64,000 nucleotides of DNA from an uncultured Chloroflexia bacterium (GTDB lineage Bacteria > Chloroflexota > Limnocylindria > Limnocylindrales > CSP1-4), in the NCBI GenBank assembly GCA_963842695.1, contig CAWJHK010000004.1, positions 28,420-92,419 of the forward strand. Direction: 5' to 3'. Numbering within the stretch: the stretch's first letter is position 1; each line of letters opens with the position of its first letter. Shown here one piece after another: positions 29,746-43,265 of the stretch. The position numbers were made by a program, and so were the translations under genes. The notes beneath the pieces were generated by a model. It ran no database searches, was not told the DNA's origin, and saw nothing but the letters and a program-made list of their open reading frames with translations.

Positions 29746-30712
29746 ATGCCGACCGCGGGACGCCGCCTCCTGCCGTTCGCTCCTGGCCGGGCTCGTCCTC
29801 CTGGCGACCGCGCCGGGCGTGGCTGCGGTCACCATCGCCTACCCGACGCAGTCGCTCGGCGATCGCGGCGTCGACGTGCGGGCGATCCAGGGCCTGCTCA
29901 CGCACCGCGGCCTCCCGGTCGCGGTCGACGGGGTCTTCGGCGCGACCACGCGTCGACCAGGTCGTCGCCTTCCAGGCGACGCATGGCCTGCCGGCCGACG
30001 GGATCGTCCGCGACGCGACGTGGGAGAAGCTGATCGTGCCGGGTCGGCCGGGGAGCCACGGCGAGGCGGTGAAGGCCGTCCAGCGCGAGCTCAACGAGAA
30101 GCGGTCCGCCGGCCTGTCGGTGACCGGCAGGTTCGGGGCCGCGACGCTGTCGGCCGTCAAGACGTTCCAGCGCCACATGGGCATGACCGCGCACGGCCGC
30201 GTCGGGCGCGGTGACCTGGAAGAAGCTGCTCTGGCATTTCGACGTCCCCGGCTTCAGGACGACCGGGCTGTGCGACTACAGCGTCGGCAACGGGCGGGCC
30301 AACTGGGGAACCGGCTCGGCGATCGGGCTGCTCGAGGCCGGCGCCGCGGCCTTCGCGCCGCACCGGGCACGGACGGGTCGCGGTCGGCGACGTCAGTCGC
30401 GAGCATGGTGGCGACATCGCCGGCCACGAGACCCACGAGGTCGGTCTCGACGTCGACGTCCGCCCGATCCGCAAGGCGGACAACCAGTGCACGTGGGGGA
30501 CCAGCTGGCGGATCGCGTCGTACGACCGGGCCGCCACGCGGCAGCTGATCGACGCGATCCGCGCGGCAGCGCCGGGCCACATCAAGGTCATCTACTTCAA
30601 CGACCCGGTGCTGATCCGCGAAGGGCGCACGACGTGGTTCAGCGGTCACGACGACCATCTCCACGTCCGCTACTGCGAGGCCTGGCACCCGAGGGCCCGC
30701 TACCGCTGCTGA
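29746..30712 (+). CDS. secreted peptidoglycan-binding (2x PG_binding_1) plus MepA/LAS-type metalloendopeptidase-like protein (frameshifted)
   Basis: Signal-like MPTAGRRLLPF/LLAGLVLLATAPGVA. GDRGVDVRAIQGLLTHRGLPVAVDGVFGATT, GEAVKAVQRELNEKRSAGLSVTGRFGAATLSAVKTFQ. A stitched metal-site region, REHGGDIAGHETHEVGLDVDVRP ... WFSGHDDHLHVRY, resembles MepA (GHxSHQTGLDVDI / HxxHxHVR). Confidence 0.7.
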
Positions 30713-30771
30713 GCCAGGAAAGCGCCGGGCGCTCCGCAGGGCTCCCGCCGAACGGGTGCCATAATGCCCGC

Positions 30772-32297
30772 ATGGCGACGGACACACCGACGAGCGTCGT
30801 TCCGGCCGGCGACCGGTCACCGTCGAGCTGGGGTCTCGGCGACGGCCAGGCGATCCCGTGGGAGTACGCGCCGGCACCCGAGGCGCGGGACATCGTCACG
30901 CTCAAGGAGCGGTACGGCCTGTTCATCGGCGGCCGCGACGTGTCGGCGACCGGCGGCGGCACGTTCGCCTCGGTCAACCCGGCCACGGAAGAGACGCTGG
31001 CGGTCGTCGCGAAGGCCACGCCGGCCGACGCCGACCGGGCGGTCCGTGCCGCCCGCCGCGCGCAGACCCGCAGCTGGGGCACGCTGCCGGGCAAGGAGCG
31101 GGCCAAGTACCTGTTCCGGATCGCCCGCATCCTCCAGGAGCGCAGCCGCGAGTTCGCCGTCCTCGAATCGATGGACTCGGGCAAGCCGATCAAGGAGAGC
31201 CGCGACGTCGACGTCCCGCTCGCGGCGGCGCACTTCTGGTACTACGCCGGCTGGGCCGACAAGCTCGAGTACGCCTTCCCGGGCCGCGTCGCCCGGCCGC
31301 TCGGCGTCGCCGCCCAGATCATCCCGTGGAACTTCCCGCTGCTGATGCTGGCCTGGAAGATCGCCCCGGCGCTGGCGGCCGGGAACACGGTCGTGCTCAA
31401 GCCGGCCTCGACGACGCCCCTGTCGGCCCTCCTGTTCGCCGACGTCTGCCGCCAGGCCGACCTGCCCGCCGGGCGTCGTCAACATCATCACCGGCCCGGG
31501 CGAGGTCGGGATGAGCCTGGTCACCCATCCGCGGCGTCGACAAGGTCGCGTTCACCGGCTCGACCGAGGTCGGCAAGCGGATCGCCAAGGGCGTCGCCGG
31601 GACCGACAAGGCACTCACCCTCGAGCTCGGTGGCAAGGCCGCCAACATCGTGTTCGACGACGCGCCGCTCGACCAGGCCGTCGAGGGCATCGTCAACGGC
31701 ATCTACTTCAACCAGGGCGAGGTGTGCTGCGCCGGCTCGCGGCTGCTGGCCCAGGAGTCGATCGTCGACCCGCTCATCGACAAGCTCAAGGACCGGCTGT
31801 CGACGATCCGCGTCGGCGACCCGCTCGACAAGAACACCGACGTCGGCGCGATCAACTCGAAGGCCCAGCTCGAGAAGATCACCGAGCTCGTGGCGTCCGG
31901 CGTGGCCGAGGGCGCCGAGCTGTACCAGCCCGCCTGCGACCTGCCCGATCGCGGCTACTTCTTCCGCCCGACGCTGTTCACCAACGTCGCCCAGAGCCAC
32001 CGGATCGCCCGCGAGGAGATCTTCGGGCCGGTGCTCTCGGTGCTGACCTTCCGGACGCCGGACGAGGCCGTCGAGAAGGCCAACAACACGGTCTACGGGC
32101 TGTCCGCCGGGATCTGGACCGACAAGGGCTCGCGGATCCTCGAGATGGTCCAGCGGATGCGCGCCGGCGTGGTCTGGGCGAACACGTTCAACCGGTTCGA
32201 CCCGACGTCGCCGTTCGGCGGCTACAAGGAGTCGGGCTTCGGGCGCGAGGGCGGGATGCACGGGCTGCACGCCTACGTCCGCCTGGAGGACCGCTGA
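30772..32297 (+). CDS. NAD(P)-dependent aldehyde dehydrogenase (2 frameshifts at about 31470-31560)
   Basis: LFIGGRDV...SVNPATEETLA, IIPWNFPLLMLAWKIAPALAAGNTVVLKPASTTPLSAL (ORF 30211..32046). Stitched FTGSTEVGKRI, LELGGKAANIV. Catalytic Cys FNQGEVCCAGSRLL, EEIFGPVL, GGYKESGFGREGG (ORF 31650..32297). Confidence 0.9.
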
Positions 32298-33290
32298 TGG
32301 CGTCCCGCGACACGCGTCCGGCGTCGAACGGCCGGAACGGGACCGGGCGGGCGGTGGCGGCGGGCGCGAGCACGCGGGCCGTGGCGCGCATCGCGAGCCG
32401 GAACTCTCCGGGTCGAGGTCCGCAAGACGTACAAGCTGTACATCGGCGGCGCCTTCCCGCGGACCGAGTCGGGTCGCTCGTACCTCGTCACCGCGGCCGA
32501 CGGCACGCCGCTTGCCAACGCCTGCCGGGCGTCGCGCAAGGACGTCCGGGACGCGGTTCGCGCCGCGCGCAGCGCGTTCGGTGGCTGGGCAGGCAGGACC
32601 GCGATGAACCGCGGCCAGGTGCTCTACCGCGTGGCCGAGCTGATGGAGGGCCGGCGCGACCAGTTCGTCGACCGAGGTCCGGGTCGCGGAGGGCCTCCGC
32701 GAGGGCGCGGCCCGCGACGTCGTCGACCGCGCCATCGACCGCTGGGTCTGGTACGCCGGCTGGGCCGACAAGATCGGCCAGGTGCTCGGCTCGTCGAACC
32801 CGGTCGCGGCGCCGTACTTCAACTTCACGATCCCCGAGCCGACCGGGGTGGTCGGCGTCGTCGCGCCCGAGACGTCGTCGCTGCTCGGGCTCGTCAGCCG
32901 TCTCGCCCCGCCGCTCGTCACCGGCAACACGGTCGTGCTGCTGACCTCGGAGCGGCGGCCGCTGTCCGCCGTGACGCTGGCCGAGGTGCTCGCCACGTCC
33001 GACGTCCCGGGCGGGGTCGTCAACGTCCTGACCGGGCGCAAGGCCGAGCTCGTGCCGGTCCTCGCCGCGCACGCCGACGTCGACGCGCTCGACACGTGGG
33101 GCGTTCCCGACGAGCTGCGGACCGAGGTCGAGACCCTCGCCGCCGAGGACATCAAGCGCCTCCTCCGCCGGCCCGATCCGCGTCTCCGAGTCCCGCTTCG
33201 ACTGGCTCGACGACGCGGCCGCCGCAGCGTCCCGAATGGATCGCCGCCTTCCTCGAGATGAAGACGGTCTGGCACCCGATCGGCGGCTGA
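32294..33290 (+). CDS. truncated aldehyde-dehydrogenase-like protein without a recognisable catalytic Cys region (frameshifted)
   Basis: The start overlaps the ALDH stop (TGATG). KTYKLYIGGAFPRTESGRSY, RGQVLYRVAELMEGRRDQFV, WVWYAGWADK, VGVVAPETSSLLGLVSRLAPPLVTGNTVVLLTSE, GGVVNVLTGRKAELVPVLAAHADVDALD (ORF 32782..33261). The end is EWIAAFLEMKTVWHPIGG*. Only about 330 codons are available. Confidence 0.7.
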
Positions 33291-33291
33291 G

Positions 33292-33813
33292 ATGGCAGTC
33301 GGCACCGGCGGCGGTACCCAGGGAGCGCGTCCCGACACGTTCGACGCGTCCGCCCAGGGCGCGGTCGAGCGGCGGGTCTTCGTCCACGCCACGCCGCGCG
33401 TCGTCTGGGCGACGCTCCACGACCCGGCCGCCACCGCCGCGCTCTTCCCGGAGCTCCGCTTCGGGCCTGCCGCTCCCGGCCTGGCCAGCCGCGGCGACGA
33501 CCCGGAGCGCCCGCGCCCAGCTCGGCCTGCTGCGCGAGGACGCGCACGTCGAGAGCCTCGAGGCTCGTCCCGAGGCACGGTTCCGCGTCCGGGTCACCGC
33601 GTCCGGCTTCGACAGCGAGTGGAGCTGGCGGCTCGAGCCGGTCGCCGGCGGCACGCGCGTGATCCACGCCGCGACCTTCGAGCCGTTCGACCGCTGGACC
33701 GGCATCCTCGTCCGGCTCGGCCGGGCATCGCTCGCCAGCCGGGTCGAGTCGCACCTCCGTGCCTCAAGGAGCAGGCGGAGGCCGCCCAGCGCGCGTCGAA
33801 CCCGGCGACGTAG
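33292..33813 (+). CDS. SRPBCC family protein (2 frameshifts)
   Basis: AVERRVFVHATPRVVWATLHDPAATAALFPEL (ORF 33292..33813). ARFRVRVTASGFDSEWSWRLEPVAGGTRVIHAATFEPFDRWTGILVRL (frame of ORF 33236..36349). Confidence 0.65.
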   Translation: MAVGTGGGTQGARPDTFDASAQGAVERRVFVHATPRVVWATLHDPAATAALFPELRFGPAAPGLASRGDDPERPRPARPAARGRARREPRGSSRGTVPRPGHRVRLRQRVELAARAGRRRHARDPRRDLRAVRPLDRHPRPARPGIARQPGRVAPPCLKEQAEAAQRASNPAT

Positions 33814-33895
33814 GCTTCGCCCGGAACCCACGCTCGGCCGGTCCGCCGGTCCCGACCCGCCCGTCACGCCGAACCAGACCCAGGAGGGAGCCCCG

Positions 33896-34803
<908 letters not shown>

Positions 34804-34807
<4 letters not shown>

Positions 34808-36488
34808 ACGACCGAGGCACGGGTCCTGGCCCGGCCCTGCCCGTGGTCGCGCGTCGCGGGCCTCGGCACCATCTACGGCAAGACCCTCCGCGACAGCTGG
34901 CGGGCGGCGCTGCTCGTCGGCGGGATCGCGTCGCTGTTCATGATCGGGACCGGCGCCCCGTACGGCTTCGCGCCCGAGTTCTCGACGATCGAGCTCCGCC
35001 GGATCTTCGTCGCCGGGTTGACGTCCCTGCCGCTCGCACTGCGCGGGCTCCTCGGCGAGCCGATCAACCTCGACACGATGGGCGGCTTCCTGTCCTGGCG
35101 CGTCGGGAACACGCTGCCGGTGCTGCTCGGCCTGTGGCCGGTGATCGCCCTGTCGGGAACGCTCGCCGGCGAGGCCGCCAAGGGCAGCCTCGACCTGCTG
35201 GCCTCGACGCCGCAGGCACGGCGGACGATCGCGATCGAGAAGCTCGCCGGCCACGTCACCGCGGTCATCCTCGCGATGCTCCTGCTCGCCTTCACGATCT
35301 GGTTCGTCGGCGCGGCGTTCGGCTCGCTGCCGGGTGACGAGATCCCGGTCTCGGCCGCCCTCGGGCAGGTGGCCCTGTACGGCGTGATGATGCTGTCGGT
35401 CGGTGGCGTGGCCTTCGCGACCGCGCCATGGCTCGGTCGCACGCGCGCGATGGCGTTCGGGCTGATCGTCCTGTTCGCCAGCTACCTCATCTACAGCTAC
35501 GCGACGCTGTCGCCGGTCGTCGACGTCGCTCAAGCCGCTGTCGTTCTTCGCCTGGACCGCGGGCCACCGGCCGATGGCGGGCGTCAGCGACTGGCCGTCC
35601 GTCGCGGCGTTGGCTGCCATCACGATCGTGCTGTTCGCGGTCGGCGTCGTCGGGCTTCGTCCGACGCGACCTGGGGAGCATGGCGAACGTCGGCTGGCTC
35701 CGACTCGCCGTCCCTGCCGGCGGGCATCACCGGCCCGTTCACGCGCCAGCTGGCCGACCGGACCGGGATCGCCCTGGCGTGGGGTGCCGGGATCGGGCTG
35801 TACGGGGCGCTCATCGTCGCCTCCGCCGAGGCGTTCAGCGACATGATCACGAACCTGCCGCAGATCGCGGCCCTGATCGAGGCGATCTACCCGGACCTCG
35901 ACCTGACCCAGCCGTCGGCCGTGCTCCAGCTGACATTCTTCGGGTTCGGCTCGTTCATCATCGGGCTCGCCGGCGCGTCGTTCCTGGCCGGCTGGGCGAC
36001 CGACGAGGGCCGGCGCCGTCTCGAGGTCGTCCTGTCGACCCCGCGCTCACGCGCCTCGTGGTCCATGCGCAGCGGCCTCGGGGTGATGGCCGCGATCGGG
36101 GTGGTCACCGTGGTGATCGCGCTGATCATCGGGGTCGCCACCGCGATCGCGGGCGGAACGATCGTCGATCCGGTCGTCGGGATCGGGATCCTGGGTCTCG
36201 CCGCGGCGGGCTTCGCCGGCGTCGGTCTGGCCGTCGGCGGCCTGGTACGAGTCGTCGCTGGCGGCCGGCGTGACCGGTGTCCTGATCGTCGCCACGCTGC
36301 TGCTCGACACGCTCGGCGCGGCCCTCAAGCTGCCCCAGTGGGTGCTTGACCTGTCGATCTACAAGCACCTCGGCCAGCCGATGGCCGGCGTCGTACGATC
36401 CGGTCGGGCTGATCGTGGCGACGATCATGGTGGTCGGCGGCCTGGTCATCTGCACGGTCGGCCTGACGCGGCGGGACATCGGCAGGTA
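34804..36488 (+). CDS. large (about 560 aa, duplicated) ABC-2 type permease (frameshifted at about 35530-35700 and about 36250-36400)
   Basis: The GTG overlaps the ATPase stop (GTGA). GKTLRDSWRAALLVGGIASLFMIG, GSLDLLASTPQARRTIAIEKLAGHV. The second half has RRRLEVVLSTPRSRASWSMRSGLGVMAAIGVV. The end is DLSIYKHLGQPMAGV/..VGLTRRDIGR*. Confidence 0.75.
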
Positions 36489-36498
36489 ACGTCCGGGG

Positions 36499-37405
36499 GT
36501 GGACCCGTGGGTCATCGCCCTCGTCGCGGTCTCGGCCGTCCTTCATCTCGCCTGGAACGTCCGGCTCAAGACCGCCGGCGACCCGCTCCGGGCGGCGACG
36601 ATCGGCATGGCTCGCCGCGTGCGTCGGGATCGTGCCGCTCGGGATCGCCACGTGGTGGCTGGCCGGTCGTCCCGCACTGCCGCCCGAGGGGATGGCGCTC
36701 GGGCTCGCGTCGGGACGGTCGAGGCGGCCTACTTCATCCTGCTCGCGGCGGCCTACCGGCGCGGCGACCTGTCGGTGGTCTATCCCGTCGCGCGCGGCAC
36801 GGCGCCGCTGCTCGCGGTCGCGATCGGCGTCGTGGTGTTCGGCGAGCGGCTCGGGCGTCGCCGGATCGATCGGCGTCATCGCGCTGCTGATCGGGTTCCT
36901 CGCGCTCCAGCGACCGTGGCGGGCGATCGCGATGGCCCGGAGCGGGGGTGCCGGGGCACGCCAGGCCGCGGCCGACAGCGCGATCCTGTTCGCGCTCGCG
37001 ACCGGCGTGACGATCGCGACCTACACCGCCATCGACCGGCTCGGGACGCGCCTCATCGACGTGTTCACCTACGCCGCGATCCTGTGGGTGACCTGCGCGG
37101 TGCTGCTCGTCGTGTGGGTCGCCCTCGTCGCCGGCGGGGACCTCCTGCGCTACGGGCCCGAGGCGTCACGGCGTGCGGCGATCGGCGGGTGGCTGACGCT
37201 CGGCGCGTACCTGTGCATCCTCGTCGCGCTCAGCGTCGCGCCGCTGTCCGGGGTGGCGCCGCTGCGCGAGTCGGCGACCGTCTTCGCCGCGGCGTGGGGA
37301 TCGGTCCGGCTGGGCGAGGCGACCGACCGGAGCGAGGTCGTCCGACGCGTCGGCGCGTCGGTGCTGATCGTCGGCGGAGCGCTGCTGCTCGCGGTCGGGA
37401 GCTGA
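36499..37405 (+). CDS. EamA/DMT family transporter (frameshifted)
   Basis: VDPWVIALVAVSAVLHLAWNVRLK, AAYFILLAAAYRRGDLSVVYPVARGTAPLLAVAIGVVVFGERL (ORF 36499..37965). The second half, ILFALATGVTIATYTAIDR...VAPLRESATVFAAAWGSVRLGE, comes from ORF 36632..37405. Confidence 0.75.
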
Positions 37406-37443
37406 GGATCGCCAGGCTGCGGGATTCGCCGCGGGCCGGCGGG

Positions 37444-38368
37444 TCAGGTCGCCTCGATCGGCGGCACCCGTCCGAACAGTCGCCGCCGGCCGAACTTGCT
37501 GTTGACCAGTCCGACGCCGGTCACGACCAGCGCGGTCCCGAGCAGGATCCGCGCGTCGATCGGCTCGTTGAGGACGAGGAACCCGAGGACGATGCCGACG
37601 GGCGGGATGACGTACGCGATGAGCGTCGTGCGGGTCGCGCCCCAGTTGGAGAACAGGCGGAACACCAGCAGGTACGCGAGCCCCGACCCGAAGATCCCGA
37701 GCCACAGGATCGAGAAGATCGCCTCGGCGTCCGGCGTCGCCGTCCACGGATGCTCGAACAGCAGCGCGAAGACCGACACGATGATCGCCGCGAACGACAC
37801 CTGGAAGACGGCGGGCACCATCGGCGGCAGGCCGCGCACGTTGCGCCGCGAGTAGACCGCACCGACCGCGTAGCTGAATGCGGCGCCGAGCAGGGCGATC
37901 TCGCCCGTGATCGACGAGTTGCCGCCGGTCAGGCCCGGGCTGGTGATGATGATCGACGCCGATGAAGCCGACGATCAGCCCGACGACGCCGTTGACCCGC
38001 ATCGGCTCGTCGGCCAGGAACAGCGCCGACAGGATGATCGCGAAGAGCGGGACCGGCGACGTCAGGATCGCCGCCAGCGACGAATCGACCGACTGCTCGG
38101 CCCAGGTGATGAGCAGGAACGGGATCGTGATGTTGACGATCGCCATGACCAGCAGGTGGCCGTACATCCGCCGTTCGCGCGGGAGCGGCTGGTGGGCGAG
38201 GCGGATGACGACCCACAGCAGCGCCGCCCCGACCAGCAGGCGGAGCGCGACGAGGGTGAACGTCCCGAAGTCGTCGACCGCGAGCTTGATGAACAGGTAG
38301 CTCGAGCCCCACATGAGCCCGAGGGCGAGGAAGACGAGCCAGTCGACCTGGTTCGATCGGGCGTTCAT
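37444..38368 (-). CDS. EamA/DMT family transporter (frameshifted at about 37860-37950)
   Basis: LVFLALGLMWGSSYLFIKLAV...ITIPFLLITWAEQSVDSSLAAILTSPVPLFAIILSALFLADE (ORF 37166..38368). FSILWLGIFGSGLAYLLVFRLFSNWGATRTTLIAYVIPPVGIVLGFLVLNE (ORF 37444..37839). Confidence 0.8.
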
Positions 38369-38474
38369 GGGCGCATGATACCGGTCGTTGGCCTACGTCG
38401 ATAGTCCAATACGCTGGTGTCGAAGATGGACGTCATGTAACCCAGAACCCGGGCCGGTCCGGAACCGTTGCAGG

Positions 38475-39263
38475 TCAGCGCCAGCGGGTCAGGATGGCCT
38501 CCCGGTCGAACATCGCGACGCCGGCCCGCAGCCCGACGAGGCTCAGGACAAGGACGATGAGGGCGAGCAACAGGTAGCCCGCCGGGCCGACCAGCAGCGT
38601 GCCCGTCGCCTGGAGCAGGGTGACCGCGATGATCGGCACGACGATGATGCCGCCGACCTGCTGGGCGACGCGCGGGTCGTTCACCCGCGAGCTGACGACG
38701 ACTCCGGCCACCACCGACGACAGCCCGACGGCGGGGCCGAGGACGAAGACGCCGACCAGCCAGCTCCCGTCGGTGACGACCCCGAACAGCGCCGGCCCGT
38801 AGACCAGTGACGCGAGCCCGACGAATACGACGTACGTCACCCAGCCCGCGAACACGCCCGGGACGAGCGCCGCGACCGCCTTGCCCGCGAGCAGCTCGGA
38901 CGTCCGGATCGGCGTGGCGAGGACCGGCTCCAGCGTCCGCGCCTGCTTCTCGCCGATGATCGAGAACGTGGCGATCGACAGCGGGATGTAGGCGGGCATC
39001 AGCAGGAAGAACGCGAGGAACTGCTGGACCGCGAACGCACCGGCCAGCTCGGCCGCGGTGAAGGCCGCCCACTCCGGGCGTTGCGAGATGACCGAATGGG
39101 CCAGCGGTTCAGGCAACGCCCGATCGCCGACGACGCCCGCGAGCGCCAGCGGCATGATGGTCAGGATGACCGGCGGGATGAGGATCGTCGACATCAGGAG
39201 ACGGTTGCGGACGATCTCGGACCATTCGCGGCGGAGGACGGTCGACAGGATCCGGGTGCGCAT
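38475..39263 (-). CDS. ABC-2 family transporter permease (intact)
   Basis: MRTRILSTVLRREWSEIVRNRLLMSTILIPPVILTIMPL...FSIIGEKQARTLEPVLATPIRTSELLAGK..., six TM-like segments (tail of ORF 38475..40250). The start overlaps the ATPase stop (TGATG). Confidence 0.8.
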   Translation of the reverse strand: MRTRILSTVLRREWSEIVRNRLLMSTILIPPVILTIMPLALAGVVGDRALPEPLAHSVISQRPEWAAFTAAELAGAFAVQQFLAFFLLMPAYIPLSIATFSIIGEKQARTLEPVLATPIRTSELLAGKAVAALVPGVFAGWVTYVVFVGLASLVYGPALFGVVTDGSWLVGVFVLGPAVGLSSVVAGVVVSSRVNDPRVAQQVGGIIVVPIIAVTLLQATGTLLVGPAGYLLLALIVLVLSLVGLRAGVAMFDREAILTRWR

Positions 39264-40201
39264 CAGGTGGCCTCGCCGCGGTCCGGCCGGGCGCCCATGA
39301 CCTCGAAGTAGACCTGTTCGAGGGTCGTCGCGCGCTCGTGCACGGCCGTGATGTCCGCGCCGGCGTTCACCAGCGCGCGGACGAGCGCGGGCGTCACCGC
39401 GGCCGGGTCGGGGGCGGCGAGGACCAGGCGATGGTCGACGGCCTCGACGCTCGTGATGCCGGGCAGCGTGCGCGCAGTCGCGACCAGCGCGTCGCCCGGC
39501 GTCGACGCCAGCCCGATCTCGACACCCCGGCCTCCGAGCGATCCCCGGAGCCCGGCCGGCGAGTCGATCCGCAGCAGACCGCCGCGGACGAACGCGACCC
39601 GGTCGCACAGCCGGTCGGCCTCGTCGAGGTTGTGCGTGGCCAGGACGATGGTCCGCCCCGACCGGCGCATCGATTCGATCGCCTCGCGCACGACGTACGC
39701 CGCCTCGGGGTCGAGCGCAGCCGTCGGCTCGTCGAGGAAAACGACCGCCGGCTCGTGGAGCAGCGCCCGGGCGATGGCAAGCTTCTGCTTCATCCCCTTG
39801 CTGAACGTGCCGGCCACGTCGTCCCGCCGCTCCCACAGCGAGAAGAGGCGCAGGTAGCGCTCGATCCGGGTGGCGCGCGTCCCGGCGTCGAGCCCGTACA
39901 GCCGCCCGAAGAAGTCGAGGTTGGCGATCGCGGTCAGCTTGTCGTAGAGACCGGGTGTCTCGGTCAGGATGCCGACCCGGGCACGAACCCCTTCCGGCTC
40001 GTCCACCACGTCGAGCCCGTCGACCGAGGCGTGACCCTCGGACGGGGCGATGAGCGCGGTCAGCATCCGGACGGTCGTCGTCTTGCCCGCGCCGTTGGGC
40101 CCGAGGAGGCCGAGCACCTCGCCGCGACGGACCTCGAGATCCATCCCGCGGACCGCCCACAACGGTCCGAACGACCGGCCCAGACCGGTCGCACGGATCA
40201 T
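39263..40201 (-). CDS. ABC transporter ATP-binding protein (intact)
   Basis: MIRATGLGRSFGPLWAVRGMDLEVRRGEVLGLLGPNGAGKTTT, FSKGMKQKLAIARAL, VVFLDEPTAALD, LATHNLDEADRLCDRV (tail of ORF 39263..40831). Confidence 0.95.
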   Translation of the reverse strand: MIRATGLGRSFGPLWAVRGMDLEVRRGEVLGLLGPNGAGKTTTVRMLTALIAPSEGHASVDGLDVVDEPEGVRARVGILTETPGLYDKLTAIANLDFFGRLYGLDAGTRATRIERYLRLFSLWERRDDVAGTFSKGMKQKLAIARALLHEPAVVFLDEPTAALDPEAAYVVREAIESMRRSGRTIVLATHNLDEADRLCDRVAFVRGGLLRIDSPAGLRGSLGGRGVEIGLASTPGDALVATARTLPGITSVEAVDHRLVLAAPDPAAVTPALVRALVNAGADITAVHERATTLEQVYFEVMGARPDRGEAT

Positions 40202-40258
40202 CACGGGGTCGGGCGTGGCCACCTCCACAGTCTGACCGAGCGTGGGACAATCGTGCTC

Positions 40259-43263
<3,005 letters not shown>

Positions 43264-43265
43264 CG

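Noticed and set aside
36499-37965. ORF 36499..37965 (488 aa) considered as a single large protein spanning the EamA locus.
   Set aside because: Only scattered segments in the first about 300 codons look like an EamA transporter. The remainder is an Arg/Asp-rich antisense shadow of the convergent EamA gene (37444-38368).
38369-38474. A 106-nt leader upstream of the EamA gene (and other exporter leaders), inspected for guanidine or other riboswitch-like structure.
   Set aside because: I could not recognise any conserved riboswitch core or convincing nested hairpins by eye. A covariance-model scan (Rfam/Infernal) would be needed, so no claim is made.
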